Shown here: piece by piece, positions 31,853 to 42,619 of the stretch
Numbering within the stretch: position 1 is the first letter of the stretch
Layout: each line of letters opens with the position of its first letter
From: an uncultured Bacteroidota bacterium
GTDB taxonomy: Bacteria > Bacteroidota > Bacteroidia > UKL13-3
Length of the DNA stretch: 64,000 bases
Direction of reading: 5' to 3'
NCBI GenBank assembly: GCA_903901345.1
Contig: CAIUQQ010000216.1
Span: forward strand, 3,420-67,419
Program-made: the position numbers and the translations under genes
Notes under the pieces: model-generated
What the model was told of the DNA's origin: nothing
The model's input: the letters and a program-made list of their open reading frames with translations, nothing else
Database searches by the model: none

Positions 31853-32749
31853 TTAATTATAAATTTCTAATTCTTTGTTTGTTTTAGCTTTATCAAAAAA
31901 ATCTTTTTTAATAGTTGAAATTAATTGTTGTTTTCGCTGATTAATCAACATATTTTTTATGTTATTCTTCTCAAAGTTTATTGGAGAAAGTGTGTTTTTA
32001 GATTTTATATCTATAATTTTGAGAAAGTAATAGCTGGTTTCATCGGTAAATTCGAATATTTTACCATTTTGTAGACTGTAATCAGGAACTTCTTTCAATT
32101 GATTGATTTCTTTTTTTAAATCATCAAACATTAACCAAGTATTGTCATTCATGTAATAATTATTAGCAAATTGCACACACATTATTTTTAATTGTTCAGC
32201 ATCTTTAGCATTAGTTGAATAACAGAGTTTTTTTAATTTTTCGATGTTGGGAATATTATTGGGTGTTTTTACATATAACACTTTAACAATATTATTTTTC
32301 AATAAAAAACTTTGAGAATTAGCATAATAGTAAGCTTCAATTTGGTCATTAGTCACGAGCGTATCTAATTTATCGTTTATGAGCTTTGATTGAAATTTAA
32401 AGGTAATTAATTCTTTCTTGTATGCTTCTAATTCCTTATCAATATTGAGTTCATCGTCGGTTAAATAATTTAATGCTTGCTGATAAAATACTTCGTTATC
32501 AGCCCATTTAGTAATATATGCTTTTGTATAAGCTGAACTATCTTTTTGAGGTAAATTTCTCAATATATTTTCTATATCAGATGAGTATAATAATTCATTA
32601 TTAACTTTTGCAATAACTTTTCCTTCATTTGATGTTGTATTGTTTTGTTTATTGCAAGCAAAAATTAGCGCCATACATAGCACCACTCCTACTCTATATT
32701 TTATATTATTGATTGTTTGCACTGGTAAAAAAAGAAAAGGCTGTAGCAT
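31853..32749 (-). CDS. Hypothetical periplasmic lipoprotein, SurA-N-domain-like chaperone (tentative)
   Basis: Lipobox (LIFACNK). Lies between two parvulin genes. No catalytic motif seen. Confidence 0.45.
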   Translation of the reverse strand: MLQPFLFLPVQTINNIKYRVGVVLCMALIFACNKQNNTTSNEGKVIAKVNNELLYSSDIENILRNLPQKDSSAYTKAYITKWADNEVFYQQALNYLTDDELNIDKELEAYKKELITFKFQSKLINDKLDTLVTNDQIEAYYYANSQSFLLKNNIVKVLYVKTPNNIPNIEKLKKLCYSTNAKDAEQLKIMCVQFANNYYMNDNTWLMFDDLKKEINQLKEVPDYSLQNGKIFEFTDETSYYFLKIIDIKSKNTLSPINFEKNNIKNMLINQRKQQLISTIKKDFFDKAKTNKELEIYN

Positions 32750-32784
32750 TTATTGTTACAGCCTTTTCTAAACTATTTTTTAAT

Positions 32785-34890
32785 TTATTTAATTGTATTT
32801 AATACGTCTTCATTTACTTTCACAACATATTTGTTTTTCAAATATGCTAACCATTCTTTTTCTAAATAATTTTGGTAATCTGCAGTAATCATTCCTTTAG
32901 CTTCGGCTATAGTTTTAGGTGTTTTAGGTAATACCTTATTCACAACTAAAACAGTTACTTTATTATCCTTAGCATCTTTAATATCAGTAGCAGAAACTCC
33001 TTGTTTCCAATTTGCATCTACATCTTTATTTTCACCTTTAAGGTAAGTAATACTTTCAGAAGCTAAGTTTAATTGAGATGTCTTATTAATAGCATCTACA
33101 ATTTCTTTTTCTGATTTATTTTTCTTTAATAAAGCTCTAACTTCTTTAGCTATTTTTTCATCAGCGCATTTATAGGTTGTAACTTCAGCGCGTTCTTCCC
33201 ATAAATAGTTGTTTTTGTTTTTTTCATAATACGCTTTTAAACCAGCAGTATCTTTTACGGCTTTACTCCAAACTTTTTGATCAGTTAAATCAAATAATAA
33301 AATACCATCTCGGTATTCTTTCAATAAATTTTTAAAATCAGAGTATTTAGATTCTAAATTAGCATCTTCAAAATTAATAACGCTTTCGTCTACAAACTCT
33401 TTGTAAGACTGTTGTAGGAACATATTATTGTCCATTTTAGGACGAGCTGTTTGATGAGTTTCAATATATTTTGCAAAATCATTTTGAGTAAATTTCTTAG
33501 CACCTAAATTAAATAACTCTTTATTACCTAATTTATCTGCTTTTTTAGCTTCCCATTTTCCTTGATAAGCAGTTGAATCAATCACTTTCAAAAATTCATT
33601 TTTAGCAATCAAGTTTTCTTTAAACGCATTATCTTTTTTCACTTTTGCAATTAAAGATGTTCGTCCGGCTTGAGTTCGAGAATCTTTACCAATACGCTGT
33701 TTCAAATCGCCTTTCATTTCATCAAATGAAGCTAAGCCTTTTCTATCAATACGTTTCACAATATGCCAACCGTAGTTAGTTGTAAATGGTTCGCTATAAT
33801 CACCATTCGCTTTTAAAGCGAAGGCTGCTTTTTCAAATTCAATTGGCATGCGACTGCTTCCAAACCATTGTAATTGTCCACCTTTTTCAGCACTTGGTTT
33901 ATCATCAGAAAACTGACGAGCTAAATCTTCGAACTTATCGCCAGCTTTTAGTTTTGTGTAAATTTCATCAATTTTTGTTTTCAAATTAGCTTTTTCTTTC
34001 TCACCAGCATCTTTAGGAAATTTAACCATAATGTGAGCTGTTAAAATTTCTCCTTGGCTTGGGCGTTTATCAGCTACTTTAATAATATGGTAACCAAAAC
34101 GTGTACGAACTGGCATACTAATATCTCCTACATTTGTTTTAAATGCAGCATTTTCAAAAGGATATACCATTTGCAATGAAGTGAAATAACCTAAATCTCC
34201 ACCATTTTCTTGAGCAGAAGGGTCTTCAGAGGTTTTCTTAGCTGCATCTGCAAATTTATCAGCGCCAGAAATAATTGTTGAAGCTATATTTTTAACTGAT
34301 TCTAATTTCGCTTTAAAATTAGTGCTATCATTTTTAGTAGATGTTTTAGATAATCCTAATGAACTTTTCTTTAATAAATTTTCATACTCCGTTAATTTAG
34401 CGGCTGTTGGATTTTTACCCATCAAAGCATCTCTAATTATTATTAAACGTGTATAAGCCTCAATCGTGTCTTTTGGTAATGCATCTTCAGAAAGACGCAA
34501 TAAAATATGAGCTGCTTTTATTTCTGTTTTCATTCGCTCATAAGCTTCATTTAATAAAGCCTCATTAACGTTTTTGTCTGTTAAATAAGGCGCTGCCAAT
34601 TGTTTGCGATATCCGTTTAACTCTGTTTTGAAAGCAGAATTGGTATCTAAGCCATTTGCTTCTGCTTCAAATACTTTCATTTTAAATGTTGAAAATAAAT
34701 CAACATATTCTTTCACTGATTTTTGTTCTTTATTAACTTCTTTGCCGCTATTTTTTTTGTAAACATTTTCGAATTCGCTTTTGTATACGGCTTTATCGTT
34801 GATGTTCATAATAACTGGTTCGCTTGTTTGCGCCATTGAAGAGAGGCTAACTGCAGATAACGTTAAAAATCCGAGGGTACTTTTTTTCAT
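32785..34890 (-). CDS. Large PpiD/SurA-like peptidyl-prolyl isomerase with two parvulin domains
   Basis: Signal peptide. Two PpiC-type cores (AAHILLR... FGYHIIKV and TAHIMVKF... YGWHIVKR). Confidence 0.8.
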   Translation of the reverse strand: MKKSTLGFLTLSAVSLSSMAQTSEPVIMNINDKAVYKSEFENVYKKNSGKEVNKEQKSVKEYVDLFSTFKMKVFEAEANGLDTNSAFKTELNGYRKQLAAPYLTDKNVNEALLNEAYERMKTEIKAAHILLRLSEDALPKDTIEAYTRLIIIRDALMGKNPTAAKLTEYENLLKKSSLGLSKTSTKNDSTNFKAKLESVKNIASTIISGADKFADAAKKTSEDPSAQENGGDLGYFTSLQMVYPFENAAFKTNVGDISMPVRTRFGYHIIKVADKRPSQGEILTAHIMVKFPKDAGEKEKANLKTKIDEIYTKLKAGDKFEDLARQFSDDKPSAEKGGQLQWFGSSRMPIEFEKAAFALKANGDYSEPFTTNYGWHIVKRIDRKGLASFDEMKGDLKQRIGKDSRTQAGRTSLIAKVKKDNAFKENLIAKNEFLKVIDSTAYQGKWEAKKADKLGNKELFNLGAKKFTQNDFAKYIETHQTARPKMDNNMFLQQSYKEFVDESVINFEDANLESKYSDFKNLLKEYRDGILLFDLTDQKVWSKAVKDTAGLKAYYEKNKNNYLWEERAEVTTYKCADEKIAKEVRALLKKNKSEKEIVDAINKTSQLNLASESITYLKGENKDVDANWKQGVSATDIKDAKDNKVTVLVVNKVLPKTPKTIAEAKGMITADYQNYLEKEWLAYLKNKYVVKVNEDVLNTIK

Positions 34891-34971
34891 ATACTTCTGT
34901 TTATTATTTTTAAGGATAGCAAATTTAACATTTATTTTTAATGGCTATATATTAAGATATAGTCATCTTTT

Positions 34972-36126
34972 TTATTTTATAATTTCTTCGAGTTTAGCAT
35001 CTAAATCAGCACCTCGAAGGTTTTTAGCAATAATTTTCCCTTCTTTATCTAACAATAAATTTTGAGGAATACTTGTGATACCAAATAATTTACCCGCATC
35101 GTTACCCCAACCTTTAAGGTCGCTTACTTGAGTCCAAGTTAATTTATCAGCTGCAATAGCTTGTACCCATTTATCTTTTACTTGATCGAAGGATACTCCA
35201 AATACAGTAAATCCTTTGTCTTTATATTTATTATATGCAGCCACTACATTTGGATTCTCGCCGCGGCAAGGACCGCACCAGCTAGCCCAAAAATCAACTA
35301 ATACATATTTTCCTTTAAAATCATGTAAGTTTATCATTTTACCTTCAGGTGTAGCTTGCGAAAAATTAGTCGCTTCATAACCAATAGTAGAACCGCGCAT
35401 TTGAGAGATCTTTTCTTGAGCTAATTTTCCAAATTTTGTATTTAAAATACTTTTATCTAATAAACCCACTACACGCTCTAATTCCTCAATTGGTGCTTGA
35501 GAATTTTGATTATTAAAATATATTGCATAAGCACTCACAGGAGATTTTGAATGAGCTTTGATAAATCCCTCCATGGCGTTTTTTCGTTCAACATCCAAGG
35601 CTTGGTATTCTGATACTTTAATGTTCATGGTTGCGTTATCGCCCTTAGCTTTTGCATCGTTATAGGCATTTACAATAGCTTGTTGATTAGCACCAAAACT
35701 TTGCATTAGGGTATTGTATTCGATGTAATCCTTTTGTGTTGGTCCTCCATCCACTATAGCAAATGGTAAACTATCTATATTGGCAGTGATGTTGATTTTA
35801 CCAGCATCTACAAAGAAAATTAAATTTGGTTGATCGTTTACATTAGCTGTTTTAGTAATCCAATACATATTTGGCTCTGGACTTTTTCCTGTAAAGGTAA
35901 ATTTACCAGCTTTTAGTTTTATACTATCAGTAAAGGTTTTATTATCCCATTTATGATGTATATAAGTTTTAGCATTTTCATTCACTTGTCTAAGTGAGCC
36001 ATTGATTGTAAAACTAAAAGGCGTTTGTGCATTTGAAACTAAAGCAGAACAGCCTAGTAATAAGAGAATTGATTTTACCATATTTAAATATTTAACGGGT
36101 AAATGTAGTTTTTTATTATTAAACAT
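34972..36126 (-). CDS. TlpA/ResA-like thiol-disulfide oxidoreductase with an N-terminal DUF4369-like domain
   Basis: VLVDFWASWCGPCRGENP thioredoxin-fold CxxC motif. Signal peptide. Confidence 0.85.
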   Translation of the reverse strand: MFNNKKLHLPVKYLNMVKSILLLLGCSALVSNAQTPFSFTINGSLRQVNENAKTYIHHKWDNKTFTDSIKLKAGKFTFTGKSPEPNMYWITKTANVNDQPNLIFFVDAGKINITANIDSLPFAIVDGGPTQKDYIEYNTLMQSFGANQQAIVNAYNDAKAKGDNATMNIKVSEYQALDVERKNAMEGFIKAHSKSPVSAYAIYFNNQNSQAPIEELERVVGLLDKSILNTKFGKLAQEKISQMRGSTIGYEATNFSQATPEGKMINLHDFKGKYVLVDFWASWCGPCRGENPNVVAAYNKYKDKGFTVFGVSFDQVKDKWVQAIAADKLTWTQVSDLKGWGNDAGKLFGITSIPQNLLLDKEGKIIAKNLRGADLDAKLEEIIK

Positions 36127-36467
36127 AAGAAAATGGATTAGTTAAAAAATGAAAAAATTTGGTAAAGAAAATGTTGAATCTTAATTTAACGTTTTAAAAA
36201 ATACTTATGTTGATAAACAACTTTCATCTATCTTTTAACATATTCTCTTATACCACAATAGGATTGACAATCAAGATGTTTGAATCATTAATTGTTAAAT
36301 AATGATTAACTAAATGTCATTTTTATTCACAATTGCTTGTTACAATGCTATTTTAGTTTATTTTTGTCTCCGAAAAGTAAGTGACCACCCTATAAGAGGA
36401 TAACTGTTCTGGTTATAACCGCCTTAAACCACTTACAGAAACTAAAAAACATTTAAACCCCAAAAAA

Positions 36468-37382
36468 ATGAAAAAAATTTTACTAAGTTTATCATTAGTG
36501 ACAGTAGCTTTAGCAGGTAAAGCGCAAACGTGTTCTGATTTATTTATTTCTGAATATGCAGAAGGAAGTGCGAATAATAAAGCTATGGAGTTTTATAACC
36601 CAACAGGAACTGCAATTAACATGAACAATTATCGTTTAGTTCGTTATTCTAATGGTTCTGCTATTGGCACGGACAGTACTGATTTAATTGGAACAATTAA
36701 CCCTGGTGCTACATTTGTTATCGCAAATGGAACTGGTGTTACTTCTGGTACCACTTCTACATCTCCTGCTTGCTCTCCAACTTTGCAAGCCTTGGCGCAA
36801 CAGTTAGATCATCCTTATCCAAACCCTACAGCAATGAATGGTGATGACGCTTTAGTTTTAGTGAAAATTTCGCCCTATAAACGTTTAGATATCTTTGGGA
36901 AAATTGGCGAACAGCCAACTACAGCTTGGAGCGATGTAGCACCTTATGACGGTACAGTTGGTAAATGGTGGACTAAAGATCACTCAATGCAACGTAAAGC
37001 TTCAGTTCAAATGGGAGTAACTACTAATCCTTCATTTTTTAATCCTAAATTAGAGTATGATTCTTTATCAAACAACAACTGGTCTAATATCGGTTTTCAT
37101 ACTTGTTCTTGCCCTGCTGTTGGAATTAAAGAAAATGTAAAAGCAATTTATTTAAAAGTATTCCCAAATCCTGCAAATGGAAATGAAATAGCTTTTATTA
37201 GCGATAAAATTATTAAAGAAATTAACATTGTAAATGCAATTGGTCAAGTTGTATTAGCTCATACATCAACTATTTCAGAAAACACAATCGTGTTAAGAAA
37301 TTTGAGTTTATCAAAGGGTATATATTATGCTGTTATCAAAACAGATAACGGTTCAAAAACAGAAAAATTAATTATTCAATAA
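36468..37382 (+). CDS. Lamin-tail-domain (LTD) protein with a T9SS C-terminal sorting domain
   Basis: CSDLFISEYAEGSANNKAMEFYNPTG...YRLVRYSNGS is the LTD signature. C-terminal IYLKVFPNPANGNEIAF...KLIIQ is a T9SS CTD. Confidence 0.75.
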   Translation: MKKILLSLSLVTVALAGKAQTCSDLFISEYAEGSANNKAMEFYNPTGTAINMNNYRLVRYSNGSAIGTDSTDLIGTINPGATFVIANGTGVTSGTTSTSPACSPTLQALAQQLDHPYPNPTAMNGDDALVLVKISPYKRLDIFGKIGEQPTTAWSDVAPYDGTVGKWWTKDHSMQRKASVQMGVTTNPSFFNPKLEYDSLSNNNWSNIGFHTCSCPAVGIKENVKAIYLKVFPNPANGNEIAFISDKIIKEINIVNAIGQVVLAHTSTISENTIVLRNLSLSKGIYYAVIKTDNGSKTEKLIIQ

Positions 37383-37450
37383 TTAGCATTCTTCATTATT
37401 TCTAAATACAGGGCTGATGAAATACTCAGCCCTTTATATTTCAAAAAACT

Positions 37451-40186
37451 ATGTTAAAAAAAAGTATCCTATTCGTTTTCGTTGTTTGCTCTTTAATAGG
37501 CAAAGCTCAAGATAGTTTAAAAGTTACCTTATCAGGCTCAATAAAGGATAAGGAAACAAACGAGGCCCTTATTGGCGCCACCGTTGTTGTAAAAACTGGT
37601 ATAGGCACAGTAGCTGACTTAGATGGTAATTTTAAAATAAAAGTGCCAAAAGGAGATTATAACATTGAAATATCAATGCTTGGTTATAAAAAATTTAACC
37701 AAAAAATAAAATTAAATACCAGTAAATCTATTGACGTAAAATTAGAAAGCGATATTTTAGATGAAGTAGAAATTGTTGCCGATATGGCCAAGGTTAGAGA
37801 AACTCCTGTTGCTTTTAGTGCAATTTCTGGGACTAAAATTCAAGAGGAATTGGGAGGTAGAGATATTTCAATGATAGCAAATACAACTCCTGGCGCTTAT
37901 GCTTCTGCTGGAGGCGGAGGTGCTGGAGATTCTCGAGTAACTATAAGAGGGCAAAACCAAACAAATATTGGTGTTTTAGTGGATGGTATTCCAGTAAATG
38001 ATATGGAAAATGGTCAAGTTTTTTGGAGTAATTGGGATGGCTTAAAGGATATTACCAAATCTATGCAAATTCAACGTGGATTAGGCGCATCTAAATTAGC
38101 CATAGCTTCGGTAGGTGGGACCATGAATTTTATAACAAAAGGCATTGAAAGTAAACAAGAATTAGTTGTAAAAAAAGAATGGGGTAACAATAATTATAAT
38201 TTAATGAGCTTGTCATATAACTCTGGTTTAATAAATAATAAATGGGGGTTCTCATTAGCTGGGACATACCGGAACGGTGACGGATGGGTAGATCAAACTT
38301 ATTTTAATGCCTACTCTTATTTTGCAAAAATACAGTATATGCCAAATCCTCGTCATATAATCAGCATTGGTGTAAACGGAGCACCGCAGTCACATGGGCA
38401 ACGTTCTACACAAATGCAAATAGCGGTTTATGATAAAAAATATGCTCAAGAATTAGGCGTAAATTCAGATTCAGTATTACGCTCAATGACAACTACTGGT
38501 ATTAAATATACAACTCTTACACAAGGAGATAGGCGTTTACAATGGAATCCAGATCAAGCAGTTTTGAATGGACAACCTTTTAACGATAAAAATAATTATT
38601 ACAGTAAGCCTTTATTTAACTTGAATCATTTTTGGAAAATAAGCGAAAAAACAACTTTATCTACAGTGGCATATGCTTCTTTAGGAACAGGCGGAGGGAC
38701 AGGTTATAGCCCAAGTCTTACGAGCAGGGATTCAATAACTGGTTACATTAATTTACAACCGTATTATAATTCTAATTCTAGTCCAACAAATACGTTGTCT
38801 CAATTCCCTGGACAAACAAAATCATCTACCATTCTACAATCCAACGAAAATAACCATCAATGGTATGGAATTTTATCAACAGCCACTTCAAAGTTAAGTA
38901 AAATAATTACCTTAACTTATGGTGTTGATTTTCGCTACTACAAAGGGATTCATCAACGAAAGGTGTATAATTTAATAGGTGGCGATTATTACATAGAAGC
39001 TGGGACTAATAAAAACCCAAATCTTAGTAGTGACCCAGCCAATTTTTATAAGAAAACAGGTGATATTTTTGGTTCAAATTATTTAGGATTGGTAAAATGG
39101 GGGGGAGTATTTTTACAAGGAGAATTTAAAAAAGATAAATGGACAGGCTTTATAACGGCTACTGGCTCATACTCTGGTTATAACCGAATTGATTATTACA
39201 AAAAAAAGGATTTGGTATTAGCTGATACAACTTATCATAATTATGTTGGTTACTATACTACGGTTGTTCATAATGGTGTTACTTATGATAGAAACTCTCC
39301 AGAATTGAAAGATGCTTCTACTGGGTGGAAATATCAATATGGGTATACTCTAAAAGGTGGGGTTAATTATAACATCAACGACCATCATAATGTTTTTGTG
39401 AATGTTGGTATTATGCAAATTCCCTTGAAGTTTGCAAACGTATTTACTTTTGCAAATACACTTATTACAGGATTTAAACCACAACATGTTCAGTCTTACG
39501 AAATGGGATATGGCTTAAAATATAATCAAGTAAATTTTAATTTTAATGCCTACTATACTAGTCAAACAAATCAGCCACAACCAAGTATTACATCTCCAGT
39601 AAGTGGAGATTTATATATAACAAACGGTGTTGATTTAGTTTATAAGGGATTAGAATTCGAAGCAAGTTATAAACCAATCAAGCAAATACAAATAGAAGGG
39701 GTTTTATCTTTAGGCGATTGGCGTTATAATTCTGCTGGTACGGCTTACTCATATGATCAAAACAATAATGTTACTGACTCTATTCATTTCGATGCAAAGG
39801 GCGTTCATATTGGAAACGCAGCCCAAAATCAAATTAGCATAGGTATTCGCTTTATGCCAATTAAGGGCTTTTACTTTAAGCCTCGCTTCACTAGGTTTGA
39901 TAAATACTACGCTAATTTTAATGCAATGGATTTATCTAAAGGAAATGAAGGCAGAGACAGCTGGAAAATACCTGGATATAGTATAATTGATTTAAGTACT
40001 GGGTATGAAATTCCATTTGGAAAATTCACTGTTAATTTATATGGAACGATGAGTAATGTATTAAATACACGTTATATAAATGATGCTCAAAATAATTTAT
40101 ATGGCGGAACATTTAATGCAACTTCTGCTGGCGTATTCTTTGGTGTTGGTCGTACCTTTATATTTGGTACAAAATTGACATTCTAA
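37451..40186 (+). CDS. TonB-dependent outer-membrane receptor (CarboxypepD_reg N-domain, plug, 22-strand barrel)
   Basis: Signal peptide. VTLSGSIKDKETNEALIGATVVV carboxypeptidase-regulatory-like domain. TonB-box/plug region. C-terminal aromatic residue (TF). Confidence 0.85.
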   Translation: MLKKSILFVFVVCSLIGKAQDSLKVTLSGSIKDKETNEALIGATVVVKTGIGTVADLDGNFKIKVPKGDYNIEISMLGYKKFNQKIKLNTSKSIDVKLESDILDEVEIVADMAKVRETPVAFSAISGTKIQEELGGRDISMIANTTPGAYASAGGGGAGDSRVTIRGQNQTNIGVLVDGIPVNDMENGQVFWSNWDGLKDITKSMQIQRGLGASKLAIASVGGTMNFITKGIESKQELVVKKEWGNNNYNLMSLSYNSGLINNKWGFSLAGTYRNGDGWVDQTYFNAYSYFAKIQYMPNPRHIISIGVNGAPQSHGQRSTQMQIAVYDKKYAQELGVNSDSVLRSMTTTGIKYTTLTQGDRRLQWNPDQAVLNGQPFNDKNNYYSKPLFNLNHFWKISEKTTLSTVAYASLGTGGGTGYSPSLTSRDSITGYINLQPYYNSNSSPTNTLSQFPGQTKSSTILQSNENNHQWYGILSTATSKLSKIITLTYGVDFRYYKGIHQRKVYNLIGGDYYIEAGTNKNPNLSSDPANFYKKTGDIFGSNYLGLVKWGGVFLQGEFKKDKWTGFITATGSYSGYNRIDYYKKKDLVLADTTYHNYVGYYTTVVHNGVTYDRNSPELKDASTGWKYQYGYTLKGGVNYNINDHHNVFVNVGIMQIPLKFANVFTFANTLITGFKPQHVQSYEMGYGLKYNQVNFNFNAYYTSQTNQPQPSITSPVSGDLYITNGVDLVYKGLEFEASYKPIKQIQIEGVLSLGDWRYNSAGTAYSYDQNNNVTDSIHFDAKGVHIGNAAQNQISIGIRFMPIKGFYFKPRFTRFDKYYANFNAMDLSKGNEGRDSWKIPGYSIIDLSTGYEIPFGKFTVNLYGTMSNVLNTRYINDAQNNLYGGTFNATSAGVFFGVGRTFIFGTKLTF

Positions 40187-40247
40187 TCAAAAATAATACA
40201 AAAACTATGAGTCTAATTAATAATCATAATAACTAAAAAAAACACCT

Positions 40248-42527
40248 ATGAAAACAATCAAACTATTTGCTCTGATATGCGGTTTTAGCATCATGAGCTC
40301 TCAAGCACAAACAGCTCTTCCCACAGCTTGGAGTTTTTCTTCAACCACCTTACCTGCATTTTGGACAGAAGTAAATGCCAATAGTGGAACTTTTCCAGTC
40401 CCATATTATACGGGTTCTGGACATACACCGCCTGCTTATAAATTTGACGGTACAGGCGATCTTTTAACGATTTTTTTTAATGGAAATCCTGGTAACTTAA
40501 CGTATTGGATTGCTGGAAATAGTTTTGCAGGTGGGACTTTTTTAGTGCAAGAATCTATAAACGGAACAACTTGGACTACATTGCACTCACACACAACAAT
40601 AGCAACAGCATATACATTAATTACAGATGTACCAAATTCTGCATCACGCTATATAAGATTTAATTATAGCGCAAAAGTTACAGGTAATGTTGGTATAGAT
40701 GATGTAAACCTAGATGCTGGCGCAGCTACTCCTCCTCAAGAAATAAATGTAAAACAAGGTTCAACAACAATAGTAACTGGTAGTTCATATATGTTTAGTT
40801 CTCCAGTTGGAACAACAACGCCTATTACATTATCTATTGAAAACTTAGGTACTGTAAATACATTATCTATTACTTCTGCTACTATTACAGGTGCAGCAGC
40901 TTCTGAATTTTCATTAACCACTGTGCCTTCTTCTATCGCTGCAACAACTGCTAGTAATTTAGTATTTGATTTCAATCCTACGTCTGCAGGAACTAGAACA
41001 GTTACTTTAACTATTGCTAACAATGATTCTGATGAAAATCCATATATTATAAATTTAACAGGCTTAGGTGGTTCATATTTTACGGAACCTGCAACTCAAG
41101 GAACTGCTTTAGCTTTTTCAAATATTAAATCTTACCGCGCCAATGCTTCATTTGCAGCTTCTTCCAGTTCACCAACAGGCTATTTAATACTAAAAAAAGA
41201 AGGTTCTAGTGCTATTACAGAATTTCCTGCAGATGGCGCTCAATATATGATTGGTGATGCAATTGGTTCTACCAAAGTAATTAGCACTAGTAGCTTAACA
41301 TCTTTTGGAATCAGTAATATATATGCTGGTAAGACATATCAAATTGCAGTTTTCGCATATAATGGTTATGGTTCATTTATCAACTACAAACAAATTTCTC
41401 CACTATTAGGAAGTGTTACAGCTTTGGGAAGCATGCAACCAGTGAATGAATACAGTTCTTTAAATGTAAATAATTCAAATTTTTTAACTTCATTATCAGC
41501 TCAGATTTACCCTCATACATCAACATTTTATGGTAACTATGACGAAACAATGATTCGTTTATTTACTGAACGCGATACAACAGGTGGTCAAAAAGTAATT
41601 ACCTGTGTTTATAGTAGTGAAAATTATGTTTATAACTCACCATTAGCATGGGGAATTTATAGTCGCGAACATAGCTATTGCCATAATTGGATGCCAACTA
41701 ACCCTGCGGATGGAACTGGCACAACACCAAATAATGTTGAAAGAAAAGAATATAATGACCAACATCATTTATTTCCAACTAATCAAAATGACGTAAATGC
41801 TGTTCGTAGTAATTATCCTATGGGAGAAATTACGACAGTCCAATCTACATTTTTGGCCTCAAAAAGAGGACAAAATAGCTTGGGGCAAACTGTATTTGAA
41901 CCAAGAGCTCAACATAAAGGAGATTTTGCACGTGCGGTAATGTATATGGCTACAGCATATAACAATCAATTAGATGCTTATGGCGTTGCTCAAAACTGGA
42001 AATTAAGAAATCCTATTTCTGCAAGTATTGCTTACGGACAAGATCAAAATATATTAAAAAAATGGCATTTTCAAGATTTACCAGATGCATGGGAAATATC
42101 TCGTAATGACTTTTTAGATTCATTACAAGGTAACCGTAATCCTTTTATTGATAGCGTAAGATATGCTTGTTATATAGATTTCTCTAATATGACATACATT
42201 GCAGCTCCTACATATACAACTGGAACAAATGCTCCTTGTTATGTTGCAGTTGGATTAAAAGAAAATGTCCCTACTCAATTCGAATACGTATTAGCTCCAA
42301 ATCCAACTTCGAGCGAATTCTATTTATTAATTGACGCTAAATTGACTGACAAATTCAGCTTAGCAATTACTGATGTTTCAGGTAGAATAGTTTATACTAA
42401 ACCAGTTGATGTAGTAAATGGATTTAATTCAATAACTGTTAATGATTTAAAACTCAGCGGTGGTGTGTATTTTGTTAACTTGACTTATAAAAATGAAAAA
42501 ATAACACGTAAATTGATTATTCAATAA
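40248..42527 (+). CDS. Secreted endonuclease I-family nuclease with an N-terminal Ser/Thr-rich beta-rich region and a T9SS C-terminal sorting domain
   Basis: EHSYCHNWMP and DQHHLFPTNQNDVNAVRSNYP match the catalytic H and N...R..N core of the endonuclease I (EndA/Vvn) family. C-terminal FYLLIDAKL...KLIIQ is a T9SS CTD. Confidence 0.75.
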   Translation: MKTIKLFALICGFSIMSSQAQTALPTAWSFSSTTLPAFWTEVNANSGTFPVPYYTGSGHTPPAYKFDGTGDLLTIFFNGNPGNLTYWIAGNSFAGGTFLVQESINGTTWTTLHSHTTIATAYTLITDVPNSASRYIRFNYSAKVTGNVGIDDVNLDAGAATPPQEINVKQGSTTIVTGSSYMFSSPVGTTTPITLSIENLGTVNTLSITSATITGAAASEFSLTTVPSSIAATTASNLVFDFNPTSAGTRTVTLTIANNDSDENPYIINLTGLGGSYFTEPATQGTALAFSNIKSYRANASFAASSSSPTGYLILKKEGSSAITEFPADGAQYMIGDAIGSTKVISTSSLTSFGISNIYAGKTYQIAVFAYNGYGSFINYKQISPLLGSVTALGSMQPVNEYSSLNVNNSNFLTSLSAQIYPHTSTFYGNYDETMIRLFTERDTTGGQKVITCVYSSENYVYNSPLAWGIYSREHSYCHNWMPTNPADGTGTTPNNVERKEYNDQHHLFPTNQNDVNAVRSNYPMGEITTVQSTFLASKRGQNSLGQTVFEPRAQHKGDFARAVMYMATAYNNQLDAYGVAQNWKLRNPISASIAYGQDQNILKKWHFQDLPDAWEISRNDFLDSLQGNRNPFIDSVRYACYIDFSNMTYIAAPTYTTGTNAPCYVAVGLKENVPTQFEYVLAPNPTSSEFYLLIDAKLTDKFSLAITDVSGRIVYTKPVDVVNGFNSITVNDLKLSGGVYFVNLTYKNEKITRKLIIQ

Positions 42528-42619
42528 TTATTTATTAACTTTTTTATTGATAAAAAAATGGTTCTGATATATTCAGAACCTTTTTTATTTAATTACATTT
42601 ATCACAAAATAAAATCATT

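Noticed and set aside
36379-36438. tRNA-like appearance of a 60-nt segment closed by a 7-bp stem
   Set aside because: Too short for a tRNA. No D-arm, T-arm or TTCGA motif.
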